DNA of 64,000 nt, from assembly GCA_024704765.1 (NCBI GenBank), contig JAKMXF010000320.1:301480-365479 (forward strand). The letters are read 5' to 3'. The notes beneath the pieces are model-generated. The model had not been told where the DNA came from. It made no database searches and was given only the letters and a program-made list of their open reading frames with translations. Shown here one piece after another: positions 37,242 to 51,689 of this stretch (positions within the stretch are counted from its first letter, which is position 1; every line of letters starts with the position of its first letter). Source of the stretch: Oopsacas minuta. Its lineage: Eukaryota; Animalia; Porifera. The position numbers and the translations under genes were made by a program.

Positions 37242-40200
37242 TATTTTAATTATCACAATTCTTAGTGATTCGAATCTATTGATCAACTTTGATGCCGCAA
37301 CTGGTGTTAGATGAAAAGCAAGCTCACCATACACGAAGCAACTGTTGCATCTAGTGTATGTTGAAAAGATTACAGTTGAGATGAATTTAAGCGTTCTATT
37401 GAATATATATCTCTAAATTTGTTGTTATAGAATGTAAAATCGTAGTTTCTCCCTAGACCGCAGCATTAAAGAGCAATGATCAATTTTGAGTTCCACTTGA
37501 TTCTTAGCTCTAATAATGGTGGGATACCAGTTCGTAAGATGTGGCACCTCGCATCCACCTTCAGAACTCTTGAGGCTTTCAATGAGCCCACGATCTTCGC
37601 ACTCATAATTTCAGAAATTTCAGAAATTCGACGCCTATGTTTGGATTGTTCTGTTTCTGACTATGTGATTCAAAATACTTACTACAGGCTTTTGAAAATA
37701 TAATAATTCCATAATATAATTAGTCCAACAAATTTCTAAAATAGGCCAACTAATCCCCTATTGTTTGTTGAGGTTGAACTCAAAGGAAATTTATAAAAGT
37801 AGTTACTAGATCACCATCTGTATTCATCAGAACATTAAGCGCTCCTCATTTTCTTACATATTCGAACCTACCCTGAAAAGGAGCGCACTCCAGCTCCAAC
37901 TCCTAAAAATGAAGCTCAATCAAATTCCGGTCCCTTCCATCCTTCCAGGGTTACTACATTAGAGTTGTATTATGGAGAATAATCACTTCCGAATTGGACC
38001 AATACACATTTAAATGTACAACTTCCAACCCGTTCCAACAAATACATGCGTGCCAATGTTAGTGTGAATTATCCAAATGGGCCCAACCTGGCAGCAATCA
38101 CCTATTCTACACAGAATTTTGAATTTTTTGCAGGATACCGATGCAATCAGATGCAGTTAAAATAACGATGTATGTAAATTTGATATAATCAAGAAAATAT
38201 TCCCCGGTGGTTAACGAGGTACCGATTAGCCAGGTTATCTGTAGTAAATTAATACTTTGTTCTTTTGATTATTCGAAGGTAAATTTGATAATTAGGTATT
38301 AATAGCGCATTAGTATCTTGAGATCATTTCTCGCAAGATCACGATCGTGGTCTATTTTTGATGATCGGAGGAAGAATAGGAAATTTGGTGAATATAGACC
38401 CCAAAATGTGTGTACTAGTTTTCATGGCAATCTGACTGGTATAATTCGCATCGCCGCGGGACGGACGGACGCATGCAATGGAGCATCTCCCCATAGCAGG
38501 TGGCTATAAATTTCAGAAAATGATTGGAAAATAATTGTGAATTAATCGCGATACTTTTGTGGAAGGATGGCAATAATGGTCTTAAATCATTGATTAACCC
38601 AATACTGTCGCGAAAATGTGTGATTTAATTGCGTCCGTAGGGGTTAAAATCTCGATTTGGGTGCGGGAATAGGTTAGAACGTAGTGACAAAAATTTTAGT
38701 GCTCCTATTTGTTAGGAATGTAACATTTAGGAATTAATCGGTTATAGTAGAGTAATTTTGGATATTGCTGTGTCGTGAAGCAGTTATTTGGGGCCTTTTT
38801 GGCCGCAGTTTGCGATGTTGCCATAGCAAACAGATCCTCATTTCAATCTGAGAGCTTCGCCCTCTCAGATAGATGGAAATTGCATTCCAAAATACAAACA
38901 CAAATGTAACTCCTACTTACATCTAATATATTCGAAAGAACTCGAAAAACGTTTAATGAAATTCACCCATTTTGCAATCTAGAAGCTAAATTCAAGCATT
39001 TTTTTAATTTAGACGGAAAAAATCTAATTATATGCCAGCATTTGAAGAATTTAATTCAAATGATATACAAACAGTATTTGATTGTCAAAAACTAGGAAAT
39101 TACGCCGGTATTTTCCAGTTTGTAAAATTCATTCTATCAATGGGCCCAGTATCAGTGACAAATATAAACAATACATTTCTAATGAAATTATAGCACGATG
39201 GAAAAAATATTTTGGCAAATCAACAAAATTATTTCCCAATTAGCCTGTTAATAGAGAAAATCGGCCTTTGGCCGATTTCATTAAAATTTATTTGGAAATC
39301 TTAGCACGACTTCGTCTTTGCTTTCTCTATTAACCGAATATTCGGATAAAATGTGCCATTTCAATTTATGGCGACAAATAGAATTTCCTTAGGCTTGTAA
39401 CATTAGTTATTAGGTCTATTTCCATTATTGACATAACTTCTACCATTATGATGAATAAGATATAAGCGTTTTCATTTGATATGTACTGTTGATCCAACGA
39501 CCGGTCGGGTCGGATCATAAAATGATGCTTCATCTCTGATACACACATTCTATATCTACAAAGTATTTCCAGGCCGAAATGACGCCGTCTGCTTGTTTAC
39601 CTACCAATTCAGTCAAATACATGCTCCAATGATAAAACTCTGTAATGAATTAATTAATCAGTGGTGGAATTAGGGGGAGGCAACGGGAGCAATTGCTCCC
39701 ACCCCCTTCTAGGAATAAATGTCCAAATAAATGTTTAAAATACGTAGTTTTGTACATAATGATATATTACAGTATATGTATATTCACAAACAATGTTGGC
39801 TATTTTTATATATGTGGTGCTAAGTATATAATAAGCGTAATCAGAGAGACTGGTAAATTAATTGACTACTCCGGTTAATTGCCACCAATTTCAGGAATAA
39901 TCTTTTATCGAATAAAATGACATTGAGTTTTAAAATATTAGAACTAAAATGTTGTTGCAGATGTGGGCTACCTGGAGGTTCACACTCCCCTGGTAGCCCA
40001 ACTTGGCGCCTATGTTTGAGTTCTTATGCTCATTTCTTTAATCCACTACACAATTGGATATTTCCTCTGAACATTTGGTAGAGAAGTAAAACCTAAAATT
40101 TTCGGATCACTCGTCGCTATGCTCGGTCGTAATAGTAAATTAGAGAGAACCGATGTGGAAATATTTTGTCAAGTTATACCCTGGGCTCAGGAATAATTAA

Positions 40201-41221
40201 TGTGAATTTCGGGTATTATTGCACGCAATGATTATGAATTTATGATTATGAATATGGGATACAGTAGGTATAATATAGATTCAGGCCCCCTGGACAGGAT
40301 TTGTGGACCCTGTAACATTAACTGGAGACCCAGGGTGTAAATCCATACCGAAACAGCAGCATTAGCTAAGATACAGATAATCAGAATATATAAATCATAT
40401 ACACAAAACCTTCGTTAAATTGCCAAATGTCAATAGTATATAATAATAATAATAATGAAAAACACATATCATTTTTATCTGAAACCGATAAATTATAATA
40501 TGGCGGCCATCATCTTAGGTAAAAGGGATAGGAAAATATATCAATACGAGGCTTCGGCTCGTCACTTCCCAATGAAATCGTGCTTTGTGCATTGATGTAT
40601 CTATTATTATCCGAATTTACGTCCCTTCGGGTAGGATTTAGTTAATTCTTTTATCATAAAATCAATAATTCATTTAATTTTGACAGACTTTAACTTGCAA
40701 ATTATGAATGCATTTATTGTTACTCCTATAGCCGTTGAGAGCGAATATCTACATAGATTTTTATATTTTGTTTTAGATATCTATAGTCATCGTATAAACT
40801 ATAAATGAAATTCTTTAGCATGAAATGTTCTCAAATTTACAAATGAGGAGATGGTCACCCTGCGTATGCACGTAAAATCCTCACGTCATGAAGTGACCTA
40901 GCAAGCGAAGGAGTAGTGGACCAGCTAAACACGACCCGGTAACAATTTGAGATAATTTATGATAAAGTATACCCCAAGCCGCAAACTTCACCACGAAGCG
41001 ACGAGGCAAAGATTCATAGCTTTTAAACCATTTTTGAACGAATTTCCGCTAAAGTTACGTGGTAAAGGATAACATCTAAAGTATTAAAATGATAATTATT
41101 AGTGGAGCAACATTTCATCTTAACCATGTCAGCAAATTCACTCGTGAACATCTGATTGAGAATTTAGACCAGGAGTATGTTCAGCAAGTTACCACTAATT
41201 GTTTTCTAAATAACATATAAG

Positions 41222-42022
41222 CTATGCAATGCTATTCGGAAGAATCTTCGTTAAGAAAGAAATATTCATAGATCTATCTTCCTGACATTTGTTTACTTCT
41301 GTTTGCACTTCCCTTTGAAGATGCTCTCGCCATGGTCCATCATTCAGCTCTTTATTATGCTTGATCTTTCTTTCTTGAATTGCTGTTAATTCTCTTCCTT
41401 TTTCCACATTTTGCATGTAAAACATAGTTTCCCGTTTCACTTGGGAGATCTCAGTGCGGAGTTGCCGGTCTCTTACTGCACTCTGATAAGCTATACTCTC
41501 TGTAAGATGAAACCACTTGAATCCTTTCAAATATTTCACAGTCCATAGGTCAGAGTAGTGGAAATTTCTCTTCTTCCCTCCGATTTGTGTGATATTTAGA
41601 GATTCAGCTATCTGTTTCGCTATAATTTTCTCCTTCAATTCGACCCAACCTTCAATGAAATTCATTTTCTTTTTGCGAGTATGCAGTTTACGCCTCCTGC
41701 GAACCATTGGATCTTCTTTTTGTAAATAAATCCTACCAACTTCGCCAAACTGGGATAGCAAATGTCTCACCTTATTTACACACATGTAAGGTGGAATCCT
41801 ACTCAAGTACACAACTCCAGGAGATTGTTTCTTCTTCTTAGTAATACTAGCTCTTGTATTGTGTTTTATTACTTGTGTAAATGTATAAGGTGGGAACACA
41901 GGTTCACCAGTGTTAAGATCTGGATTTCTGACTATGTTACATGTACTCAATTTTGTAGATTCCTGTTCATTCGAAATATCTTTAGCTTCAGAATCACTGG
42001 AGTAACTGCTCAGCCATGACAT
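41222..42022 (-). CDS. ABT1: Activator of basal transcription 1 / pre-rRNA-processing protein Esf2 (RRM-like)
   Basis: Motifs PGVVYLSRIPPYM, FGEVGRIYLQ, FIEGWVE, IGGKKRNFHYSDLWTVKYLKGFKWFHLTE, LRTEISQVKRE. The likely start is the Met at 42022 rather than the track's 42067. Single uninterrupted ORF. Confidence 0.93.
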   Translation of the reverse strand: MSWLSSYSSDSEAKDISNEQESTKLSTCNIVRNPDLNTGEPVFPPYTFTQVIKHNTRASITKKKKQSPGVVYLSRIPPYMCVNKVRHLLSQFGEVGRIYLQKEDPMVRRRRKLHTRKKKMNFIEGWVELKEKIIAKQIAESLNITQIGGKKRNFHYSDLWTVKYLKGFKWFHLTESIAYQSAVRDRQLRTEISQVKRETMFYMQNVEKGRELTAIQERKIKHNKELNDGPWREHLQREVQTEVNKCQEDRSMNISFLTKILPNSIA

Positions 42023-44460
42023 AATATAACTTAAAAGTAAAATATAATGAATAGAATGGGGTAGCAAGTCAAGCGACTGGGGCAGCTGGGCCGCCCCACC
42101 TTTATCACCACACCTAGAATGATCGCTCCTTCCATATCTTCATGCGGCCATAATACGAATATCCAAAGCATTCAAAACACTAAGGTAATTGCACTGGCCA
42201 TATTTTCAGGATCAGGGTTACACTGGCGGATCCAGATATGTTCAAAGGAGGAGCAAAACGAAAGCGAGCGTAGCTAGCGCTTTATTTGGGCGTCTGGGGT
42301 TGTACCCCAGAGACATTTGACTTATGTAGATAGAAGTTTCAACGCAAATTCTCACACCTAGTACTAAATAATTGTCATTATTATCTCGGATTGCACCCAT
42401 TCAAACGAATGAGTGGTCAGTAACTGGCTGATGTAAAGTCAAATATTCATACCTGCCAACAGTAAAGAGAATCAGAGTACAATATGGGGATTGCACTATT
42501 TACCATTATGCACACAGGCGTACAGGGTTTTCAGTTTTACAAAAGTACTGGTGGTGTGTATTGAATACATTAATGCAATCAATGTCTTTGGCTGGCGAAT
42601 TTCCTCTGTAGAAGTATTTGAGAATTTCTAGGACAAGCGAGTGTAACGAGCGGGAACATTTTGGGAAGTCAAGGGATTTGGGAAACTTAAAGGGGAAAAT
42701 TGGAGCCTGATAAAGAGAAAACACTGAAATAATGTGGCAGGTATGCAAGTATATCAATTTCTTTGTCCTCAAAGGGCCCTTGTCCCTCTGGAACAGTATA
42801 TGGGTTTGTCACTGAAAAATTAGTCGCCCTAAAATTTGGAATTTTGTTACTGGGTCCAAAGTTCCATGAAAATGTTCGTGTATTTTGGTCACTAATTGGG
42901 AGGAATACCAATCTAATCTAATCAAATGTTCATCGATTTTTATCAATATTTTCATCAATATCTATCATTATTTTTCGTTTTCTTCCGCAGAGGTGCAAAT
43001 CCAATTGGCAATACCATTCATTCCATCATGTTTTCATCGATATTCATAAAATTTATGCAATTCCAATCTGATAATTCCAATTTGAAATACTGTATTCAGT
43101 ACAGTAGCTTATCCTTGAATATATCTCCCAAAACATCCATGACCGTAGCAGACATACTTAAATTCTTCAGGTTATTCTATATGCGGCTATACATAAAATT
43201 ATAGCATGCGAAAGGATAAGCGATATCCATAATTACAAGTTATAATGATAATTTACTAAAATTTTCGCCTCAAAATATAGAAAATATCGATGAAATTCGT
43301 GGGAAATATCAAAACGATAAATATTGGCAATAATCCACTCGATAGGAGTTGTGCGAATCGACAATCGCTAATTGTCTCGATTCCGATTGGATTGGATTGG
43401 ATTAGCATCCCTGTTATATGGAAAATAGCCCAGAAATTTCCTCAGTGTCCAAGCTTCCAGGAGATTTTGTCCTGATACTAGACTACATCCTGAATGTTTG
43501 ATTGGGAGTTTTAGACATTGATCTGGTTCTTGAAATGGAGATTTTCTCAAATAAGCAAATTATCAATATTTTCAGGTACAGATACACCTCTAGTCAGATA
43601 TTGACTATCTCCAATAGCTCATCACCCATCAATTAAACGCTAATTATTAATTCACTAAGTAGATAAACATAAAACCAGGGGGGACAAAAATCCAAAGTAG
43701 GACCAATTTTCCCGAAGCCACCAAAATGTTCGTGACAGGCTAAACGAACAATGCATTATTACGCTAGAGCCTGGAGTATATATTTCTGAAACTGAGCACT
43801 GTTGGCCGAATGTATTACGTAATACGTACTAGAAGAAATACACATCTTCATTCCATTAAAGCAATAATTTTGTCAAAACATGAAATGCCAATTTATTTCC
43901 TTAATAAGCAATAATTTGGTGAAATAGCCCAAAAGCCTCTGATTTCGGTTTAGTCAATACCTTTGAAATCCAGGGTTCTCGAGAAAAATATCTAGGGCAA
44001 CAGTTACAAGCAGTTGGTTATATTGTATAATGAATAATTAATAATTTTCGGGCAAAGATTATTCACTACCGGTAACCCGAAAATTGAAAATCGGTATATG
44101 CAACGTTAAAGAATTCGTTGAGAGCAGGCTAACCTGTATATTTTGTATATTGCGGAGTATAAGGTATTCCGATGGTATAAGTACATCGAGGTATACCGAA
44201 CTCAATATACCTCTGTATACTATTCGAACTACCTCGATACACCAGCAAAAGAAATAGTAAGAACAAAATTGAATTCAAATACATGAAATTCAAAGATCTG
44301 ACTAGTCTATATACATTACACTAGAGACAGCGAGAAGATGGGACAAGGTTGGTCACACCAACGTTATATATATATATACCTATGTCCCATCAGTGGTGGC
44401 GTGGTAGCGCCACCACTCCAATACACTGAATAATAATAGCATTAAACCAAAACTGTGGTG

Positions 44461-45761
44461 CAGGGGGGCCAATAAGTTCTGCCACATAACTTCATATAGT
44501 GATATATTTTATGTAACCATGATAAATAGGTAGCTTTCGTATTCAATTCATCGATTTAAGTCTTAGGATCGAAATTCAAAAGAATAGTATAACATTTAGT
44601 ACATAGCAACAAATTTGGTGGCAATGGAAAGCAAACGATCAGCAATAATTGAATTATTCAAAAATGGGAAAAATCAAAAGGAAATCATGAGAATACTAAA
44701 TATTCCAGAAACAAGAAGAAAGTTGATATTTCGTACTATAAAACGATCCAACGAGACTATAGACAAACCTAGAAGTGGTCGCCCAGTGTCAGTTACGACT
44801 GTACGGATGAGAAAAACAGTCAGGAGTCGGGTATGGCGGAATCCTCAACGATCAGTAAGAAAAATGGCCAAAGAACTAAATATATCTCGTGGATCGCTTC
44901 AAAATATTGTAGGAAGAGACTTAGGGTTATCTTCTTTTAAGCGGTGAAAAAGTTCACTTCATTACTGATCAAATAAAATTGAAGAGGCTGTCAAGAAGCA
45001 AAGGACTCCTTTCTCGATACGCCACCCAAGGCCTAGATCGAGTACTTTTCTCTGACGAGAAACTCTTTACTGTGGAGCAAGCATCAAATCGTCAGAATGA
45101 TAGAATTTTGTTGACATGTACCTCTGCCATCCCTGAGAAATACAGATTTGTCAAACGAGTCCAGAAACCACTCTCGGTGATGGTTTGGGCGGGAATATCC
45201 TCTGTTGGTCGGACACGGCTTATTTTCGTCCCATCTGGTGTAAAACAACGCTGCAACATACAAGGAGCTCATTCTAGAACTATTAGTGAAAGACCTTGGC
45301 AAGACCATGTTTGAAAATGGTTCATTTGTGTTTCAACAGGACGGTGCGCCTGCTCACACTGCAAAATAACAATCAAGAGTGGCTTAGTGCGAATATTCCC
45401 CACTTTATCACGAAGGTAGAATGGCCTCCCTCTAGCCCAGATCTAAACCCTTTGGATTTCTCTCTTTGGTCGATTTTGGAGTCAAGAACCTGCTCGAAGT
45501 CTCATACGAATATCGAATCATTGAAGACATCTTTGAGGCGAGAATGGGAAAATATCCCTCAAGAAATGGTTCGTACCGCTGTAGCGGTAGTCAATCAGCG
45601 TCTGAAGTCTGTCATCAAGCAAAAAGGTGGATATATTGAATGACAGTCGTATAAAATATGTAATAGTATGTAGAAGCGTATGTTAAAATGTCAACAAGAT
45701 CTAATGAGAATTCGTTAAGTTACAATAATTTTTCAATGGGCAGAACTTATTGGCCACCCTA
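44461..45761 (+). mobile_element. maT/Bmmar1-type Tc1-mariner element (DD37D), pseudogenised
   Basis: TIRs AGGG.GGCCAATAAGTTCTGCC at both ends. Motifs PRSGRP, FSDEKLFT, VMVWAGIS, QQDGAPAHT and WPPSSPDLNPLD; 37 residues lie between the last two Asp after repairing a 1-nt frameshift. Confidence 0.9.
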
Positions 45762-45899
45762 TATGTAGATTGCAGGATACGGTATTCTATAAAAGTTTGC
45801 GCCTGGAAATTAGAGCGCCATAAAAACAGAGTTGGGTACACTTAGGTAGAACCAAACACTACTGTTATTGTAATTCATACATCTGTGAAAAATGAGTCA

Positions 45900-48100
45900 G
45901 TCGGCTGACTCAGAACATTCTGAAGAGGCAAATTGTTCTTGCAATTCTTGAATCTCACACTGCTGAGGTACGAGATTGCTCAATTTAGAAGGGAACTTGA
46001 GCGAGTTTCCGTCCAGATTCCAAAGGTTGAACCCACGCACTTCATGCCTCAAAGTATGTTCATCTATTGCTTCATCTGTTGTGGTACCCTCTTTAACATC
46101 CAATTATTCTAATATTTCGTTTAAAGAACAAGAAGCATCAAATTCTATGGGAACTCTCTTAGAGAAGCGACACCTCTCACGTTTTTCTCCATATAGCATA
46201 TAATGAGTTGTATTAGGAGATGACTCGTTGTCGTAGAAACTTTGAGTCGACTTTTTGGATGTGGAGCAAGTTGCTTAGCCATACTGAATACTCTTTCGAG
46301 ACATACAGTAGTGATCCACATCTCGAACAACTCCAACATACAGCATTTGATTAATCCCTACTGATGTGCTGTCTTAATAGGTAATCCTATGAAAGGATTA
46401 GTAATATAGGAACTTCAATATATCACAGGATCTACATCAATCAATTCTCTACTTCCAAAACGCATTGTCCAAGAATCGCCCTGAAGATACACGAAATCCA
46501 GCATGTGTTTTATGCACTCAGCGACCTGAGTTTCTGCCACTTTGGATCCATCCCTTTGTCTTGCTAACAACATTTTTAAGCCATCCTCAGCAATCTTCAT
46601 AAATTCTAAATCAGTTGAAAATTAAACTTCCTCTAAATCCAGGGTGGCAAAAATATGCAGTCGCGTGTAAACAAAAACCTATTTTTTGGGAATTAGGGTC
46701 TTCTCTTATCAGTGAATTCAAACGATCTTCACATTTGGTTATCACACGAAATTGTTCAATTTCATTAATAGAGAACTGACGGATAGCGAATGCTATTGCG
46801 AAAATAACTCCAAAGTTTTTTCCAAATTTGATTGAATCACTTGGTACAATGTCTAAGGTGATACAAAGTGGTTTGATGACTTCTACCAACTTAAGAACCC
46901 CATACCAAAACTCATTGTTAACAATTGCATCGCTTATTAGTGAGGGTAACTTCCTCCGCTTTGAATATTCCGTAATGTGGTCACGGTTGATAATCACACT
47001 CTCCAGAAGATCATCTGCTGAGTTCCAACGAACATCAGTTATACAAGCTATATTTTTCGGAACGCCACAATTTTCCTCTCCTACTCTCTCAAGTAATTAT
47101 TGAATTAATTGTTTTGCTCCAAGAACGGTTATTACATCATGCCAGAACTAGTTTAAGAGATGTGCTCAACATTGAATGATGAATGGGGGGATTTTATCAG
47201 ACTTTGAACTGAAAAGTGAGCCCGCATACCTGGCCCCCCTTTAAAATAGTAGCATCTCCATCAGAAATAAAACTTAGAACAGGTGTGTTTAGTTTTTCTG
47301 ACATGGTTTGAGCCCAATTGCAACATCTGATACCATAATATTCGTGATCTCGAAATTCACAAGGTCATAAATATGGTCGTAAAGAGTGTTACAAATTTAT
47401 AGTTCTTCCTCATTGAAGCGTAACGCAGTATCGGAAAAGAGCGAAGGAGTGAAGCGCATGTAACACTCCTACGCGATGGATCAATCCAAGTATCCACTGC
47501 TATTTGTGCCGACTCCCAGTTTTTGACAGAATTTTCTATTTCAAGTTTAGCCATTTGATAGAGGCGAGGGATGGTGACTTACGTAGCCTGTGAGCTGTAG
47601 GCATGGGACAATGTGGAGAAATTGTAGAAATTAATTGTTTAACAACATCCAACTCACACCCATCTTCCGGCATGAACTTTGGACAGCAAACTTTCCAGCT
47701 AGGTCTTCTATTATTCTGACTTGGTCATTTGTTGGTGGTGGTGAAGGAAATTCACACTTACTTTCAGTGGTGACTACTATTTTGGTTGCATCATGCTATC
47801 GAATTGAGTTGTGGACACAACTTGATAATCTTGAGAGCATGAATTGTAGAAGAAATACGTTTTTTCTGGGAGGTGGACAATCAATAACTGACTGTAATTA
47901 TCTAGAGATTTGGAGAGGATATTTTCCTTGAGTTTCCTTTCGAAAGGACAATGATTTAGAATATGGCCGATTATTTCGCTTGTCTGCGTTGAATTGACAT
48001 TCACAAGAGTACAAGTCCCAATGTGTGTCAGACCGCGAGAACCAAACAAATTTTTGCCACGATGTTTTAATTTTGTGTTCTTTACTTGAATTCGAGGTCT
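45900..48100 (-). mobile_element. Heavily decayed hAT-like transposase (DUF659-type)
   Basis: Motifs QIAVDTWIDPSRRSV, DVRWNSA, LVEVIKPLCITLD, AYFCHPGFRG, CLERVFSMAKQL, and a possible BED-like remnant (IIGHILNHCP) near 47950. Termini not located. Confidence 0.6.
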
Positions 48101-48858
48101 CCAATCATCTTTCAAATCATACATGGAGTCGTGAATTTGTGCCTCATAAGTTTCGTTACTTTTTACAATAGAATATATCATGTATACACGAAAAGGGAAA
48201 CTAGCATACTGAGAATCAAGAGAGTAGAGCACGTAGCCTATACACGTAACCATGTGTGAAGTTTTACTGCCAATTTTAAATGCCTTTTACATATCATAAC
48301 GGAGTTAGGGCCACATGGGCCCCCTTTGGTTGGCCAATACGAAGATTCGAGTTACTTATAGTCCTTTCTTTAGAATTAGATAAATCTCCAGGTCTGCTTA
48401 TAGAAAATTCGATTGATTCATCAATCATCTTCAGATTGCATAAAACAAATATCTAGGCATCATATCACATAGAATGAAATGCCTAAATTTCTTGAATAGT
48501 ATCCTAGGCGATAGTATTATATCTACATTTGGCCCTTAATGCTTATGAACACTAACTACAAAAGTGTTTAATTCCCGTATAGATGACTAATGAGAAACTT
48601 TTAAAAAATCACAACTATATGAGAAAATTGTGTGAATAATTTTGTTCTTGTTTTTCTACATGAAAAAATAAACGTAGATCTCTCTATGAATTCATCAAAT
48701 ATACTTATGGGCCTAACTGTATTTTACATCGTGACTGGTAATAGAACAAAGTTACATCATCATGTTTCATGAAGTATATGTGATCTTTGAAGGTATATTG
48801 GAAGTCTATTGGAGGTATATTGGAGGTATATTGTGGTATATCGTGGTATGCCGAAAGT

Positions 48859-50957
48859 GGAGCGCATGCATTTGTTAGGATCATGCAACCTTCACTTGTT
48901 AGAATCATTTATTGAGGTAAGCTTCACTTGTTGGAATCATTATAATTTGTCTTCTCTTGTCGCAATTTTCAAGCGCTTCCTCATCTGTATAGATTTTATC
49001 TATAATGGTTTAACTTTCAATAATTATTCGACTTCCCTTTTTCGTGTAGTGACAATAAGCAATATTATGTTAATTATTGATTCACACTTCTGGTATTTAA
49101 GGATAACTAAACAATACATATCAGCCATTTCACATAATTTCATACGTTACAAATAATCTCAGGATGGAATATTCTATTGAAGAATACAAACGCAGTCAGA
49201 TGGAAAAAATACATACAATCGAAATTGAAGGGGAATTATGTCTACATTAGTAGCGTATTATTCAGGCGTAAATGCAAGGAACGAGCAAGTTAAACTGTGA
49301 AACTGTATTGATAACACCTCTAGGGCAACGCAATCATGATGTCGATGAATATAGATCAGAGATTTATCATCTAAAGACCAAATGCAAAACTATTGCCAAT
49401 ACTTCTCAAGCCAACCTCAGAAAGGTATTTGATGATTCTACCAGAGACGACCCACACGCATGTGAACTTTCTTTTCCTAGATGTGAATCATCCATGTACC
49501 GTGCTCGGAAAACAACAGAACCTGGTATACCTTTGAACGCATCGGAATTCTGTGACTTAATCCCAACTACTCAATTAGGAAATTCTTCAAGATTAGTGTA
49601 ACGAGTGGCAATCAAACTGGAGTGGTTTTCTTCTCTGAACAAATGAGTGATTTCTTTCTGAAGTTAGCAATATCCAATTTGACGGTACTTTTTATACGGT
49701 TCCTAAGCAATATACACAATTGTGGACAATATTTGTGTGGGTAGGAAGACATACTCTGCCAGCAATACACTGCTTAATGTCAGGGAAAAGTCAGGACTTA
49801 TATCAAGCCTTACTTGATAATCTTTTCAGTAAAATCCCCAACTTTAGACAATTGACATCGATGTCAGATTAGGAGCAAGCACCTAGAAACGCAATTAAAG
49901 AAGTACTCCCTCTAATATAAAATTACGGATGTTGGTTCTATTTTCCTCAACGCATCTGGACCAAAACGCAAAAAATCGGACTTGCTCAAGATTTCATGCA
50001 TAATCAAGTAGTCCCGAATTATATAAGGCAATTAATGGCCTACCCTTTTGCCAGCTTCTCTAATCAATCCTACTTTTTCCCTTCTTCAGACACCGAATAT
50101 GGAAAATCTCGCTAATGCAAAACTTCAAAAACTGAAACAATATTTCAGAAGACGTTGGTTAAACCAAATTACACCTGAGGAGTTATCTATATTCGATCTA
50201 ACTATTACAACTAATAATGGAGCTGAGAGTTATCACTCTAAGCTAAAATCAATAATACATATAAATCATCCGAGGATTTTGACTTTTCTATCTACCCTCA
50301 ATCAGATAATACAAGACAACGATATTGGGCGCTTGTGTCTCGGTCTAGAGATAAGTAGATCTCAAAAAAGGAAGAATGTCCGAAATTTTGATCGCAGAAT
50401 GGTGCTGAAACAGAAGTTTAGTGATGGACAACTTAATCCTTGGGACTTTCTCAATGCAATCAGTCACACTATCGGCAGCTTAAATACTAATGATAGTTTG
50501 GTCTCTAGTAGCGATTCGGAGGATTCCGATTCGAAGGTTGATGACATACCTAGGGGAGAAAATAAATGTGTAGTATGCCTTGCAATCCGTACTTCTACAT
50601 GGATTTTCATGTCCTCTAGGCATACGAACTGTTGTAAAAGTTATAGCCAAATATTCAAGACCTTGGGCAATCATGCCCTGTCTGTCGCGCTAATATTGAG
50701 AACATGTTCCCTATCTTCATCAATTAGAGTCCAATATACTAGTCATATTATTAGTTTATTCGTACTGTTATGCTGTTATTGTATCTGTACTTACATTACT
50801 AGTACGTTTACTTATTTAATTATTAAGTGTATTGTCTACAAATAAATAAAGCAACCTGATCTTGAATTTTATACGACTACGACAAACTGCAAGGTTACCT
50901 CAATAAATGGTTCTAACAAATGAAGGTTTGCATGATTCTAACAAATGCTGCGGCTCC
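48859..50957 (+). mobile_element. MULE element whose decayed transposase ends in a RING finger
   Basis: TIRs of ~60 bp (GGAGC..GCATTTGTTAG.ATCATGCAA.CCTTCA.TTGTTAGAA.CATTTATTGAGGTAA) and TSD CCGAAAGT (48851-48858, 50958-50965). Motifs FDGTFYTVPKQYTQLWTI, GCWF, MALPFLP, TTNNGAESYHSKL, then CVVC...RHTNCC..(C)...CPVCR. Confidence 0.88.
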
Positions 50958-51689
50958 CCGAAAGTTTATACTTTTCTGGTATAATTATATACCTAATTAT
51001 ACTATCGATATACCTCCTCAAGTGAGAGAAGCTGATAGAGCAATAGAATTCAAAAATCGGATGAAAACTGACCAAGATACGAAAATTTCTTTACAAAGCT
51101 AAATCCTATACTAAGTCTTGCAAGAGCGCTCCTCCTCTCAAATTTCATACGCTTAAATCAGTACAAGTATATGTCTATACGATATCTTGGCTTTGGCCTA
51201 GCTCAGAGTTAAAGGCTTCAGAGAAATTCAAGTTGCTTCAAATTGTTCTGTGAGATATTTTGAACATTCCTTCAAGTTGTTGTATATTTATTTTTATCAA
51301 TGTTTCTAGCTGGTATATTAGTATAGTACTCAAAGATTGCGTCAAATTCTGGTTTACATATTTTGGACGTTTTCAAATAGTGATATATGTTTTTACTATT
51401 CAGTTGCTGGAATGCGTAATACATTTCAAAGAGGTATTTAATGTGAGTAGCGGATGTGCTTCATTTTAGTAGCACATAAATAGGCTATATTAAGATTATT
51501 GATAAGTCATATTTATAGATACACGTTATCGTATCAATCGTAGTTACCCAAAGTGCTGAATTGAAGGTGATTTGATAAGTTTGGTAACCAGAATACGACA
51601 AGTGGTCATTGGAATGCTGGTGCGTATATAATGTATAGTAGTAAGATATATAAAACTTACACCATTCGTTAGATAATTCTATTTTGGAA

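Noticed and set aside
42506-42911. Two short minus-strand ORFs upstream of ABT1 as possible extra exons
   Set aside because: No recognisable domain or convincing splice path; ABT1 appears complete without them.
44393-44418. GC-rich hairpin AGTGGTGGCG...CGCCACCACT resembling a terminator
   Set aside because: Eukaryotic context and no U-tract; probably a collapsed MITE remnant.
48790-48850. Short GGTATATTGGA-type tandem repeat
   Set aside because: A few degenerate units next to the MULE TSD; an ordinary minisatellite.
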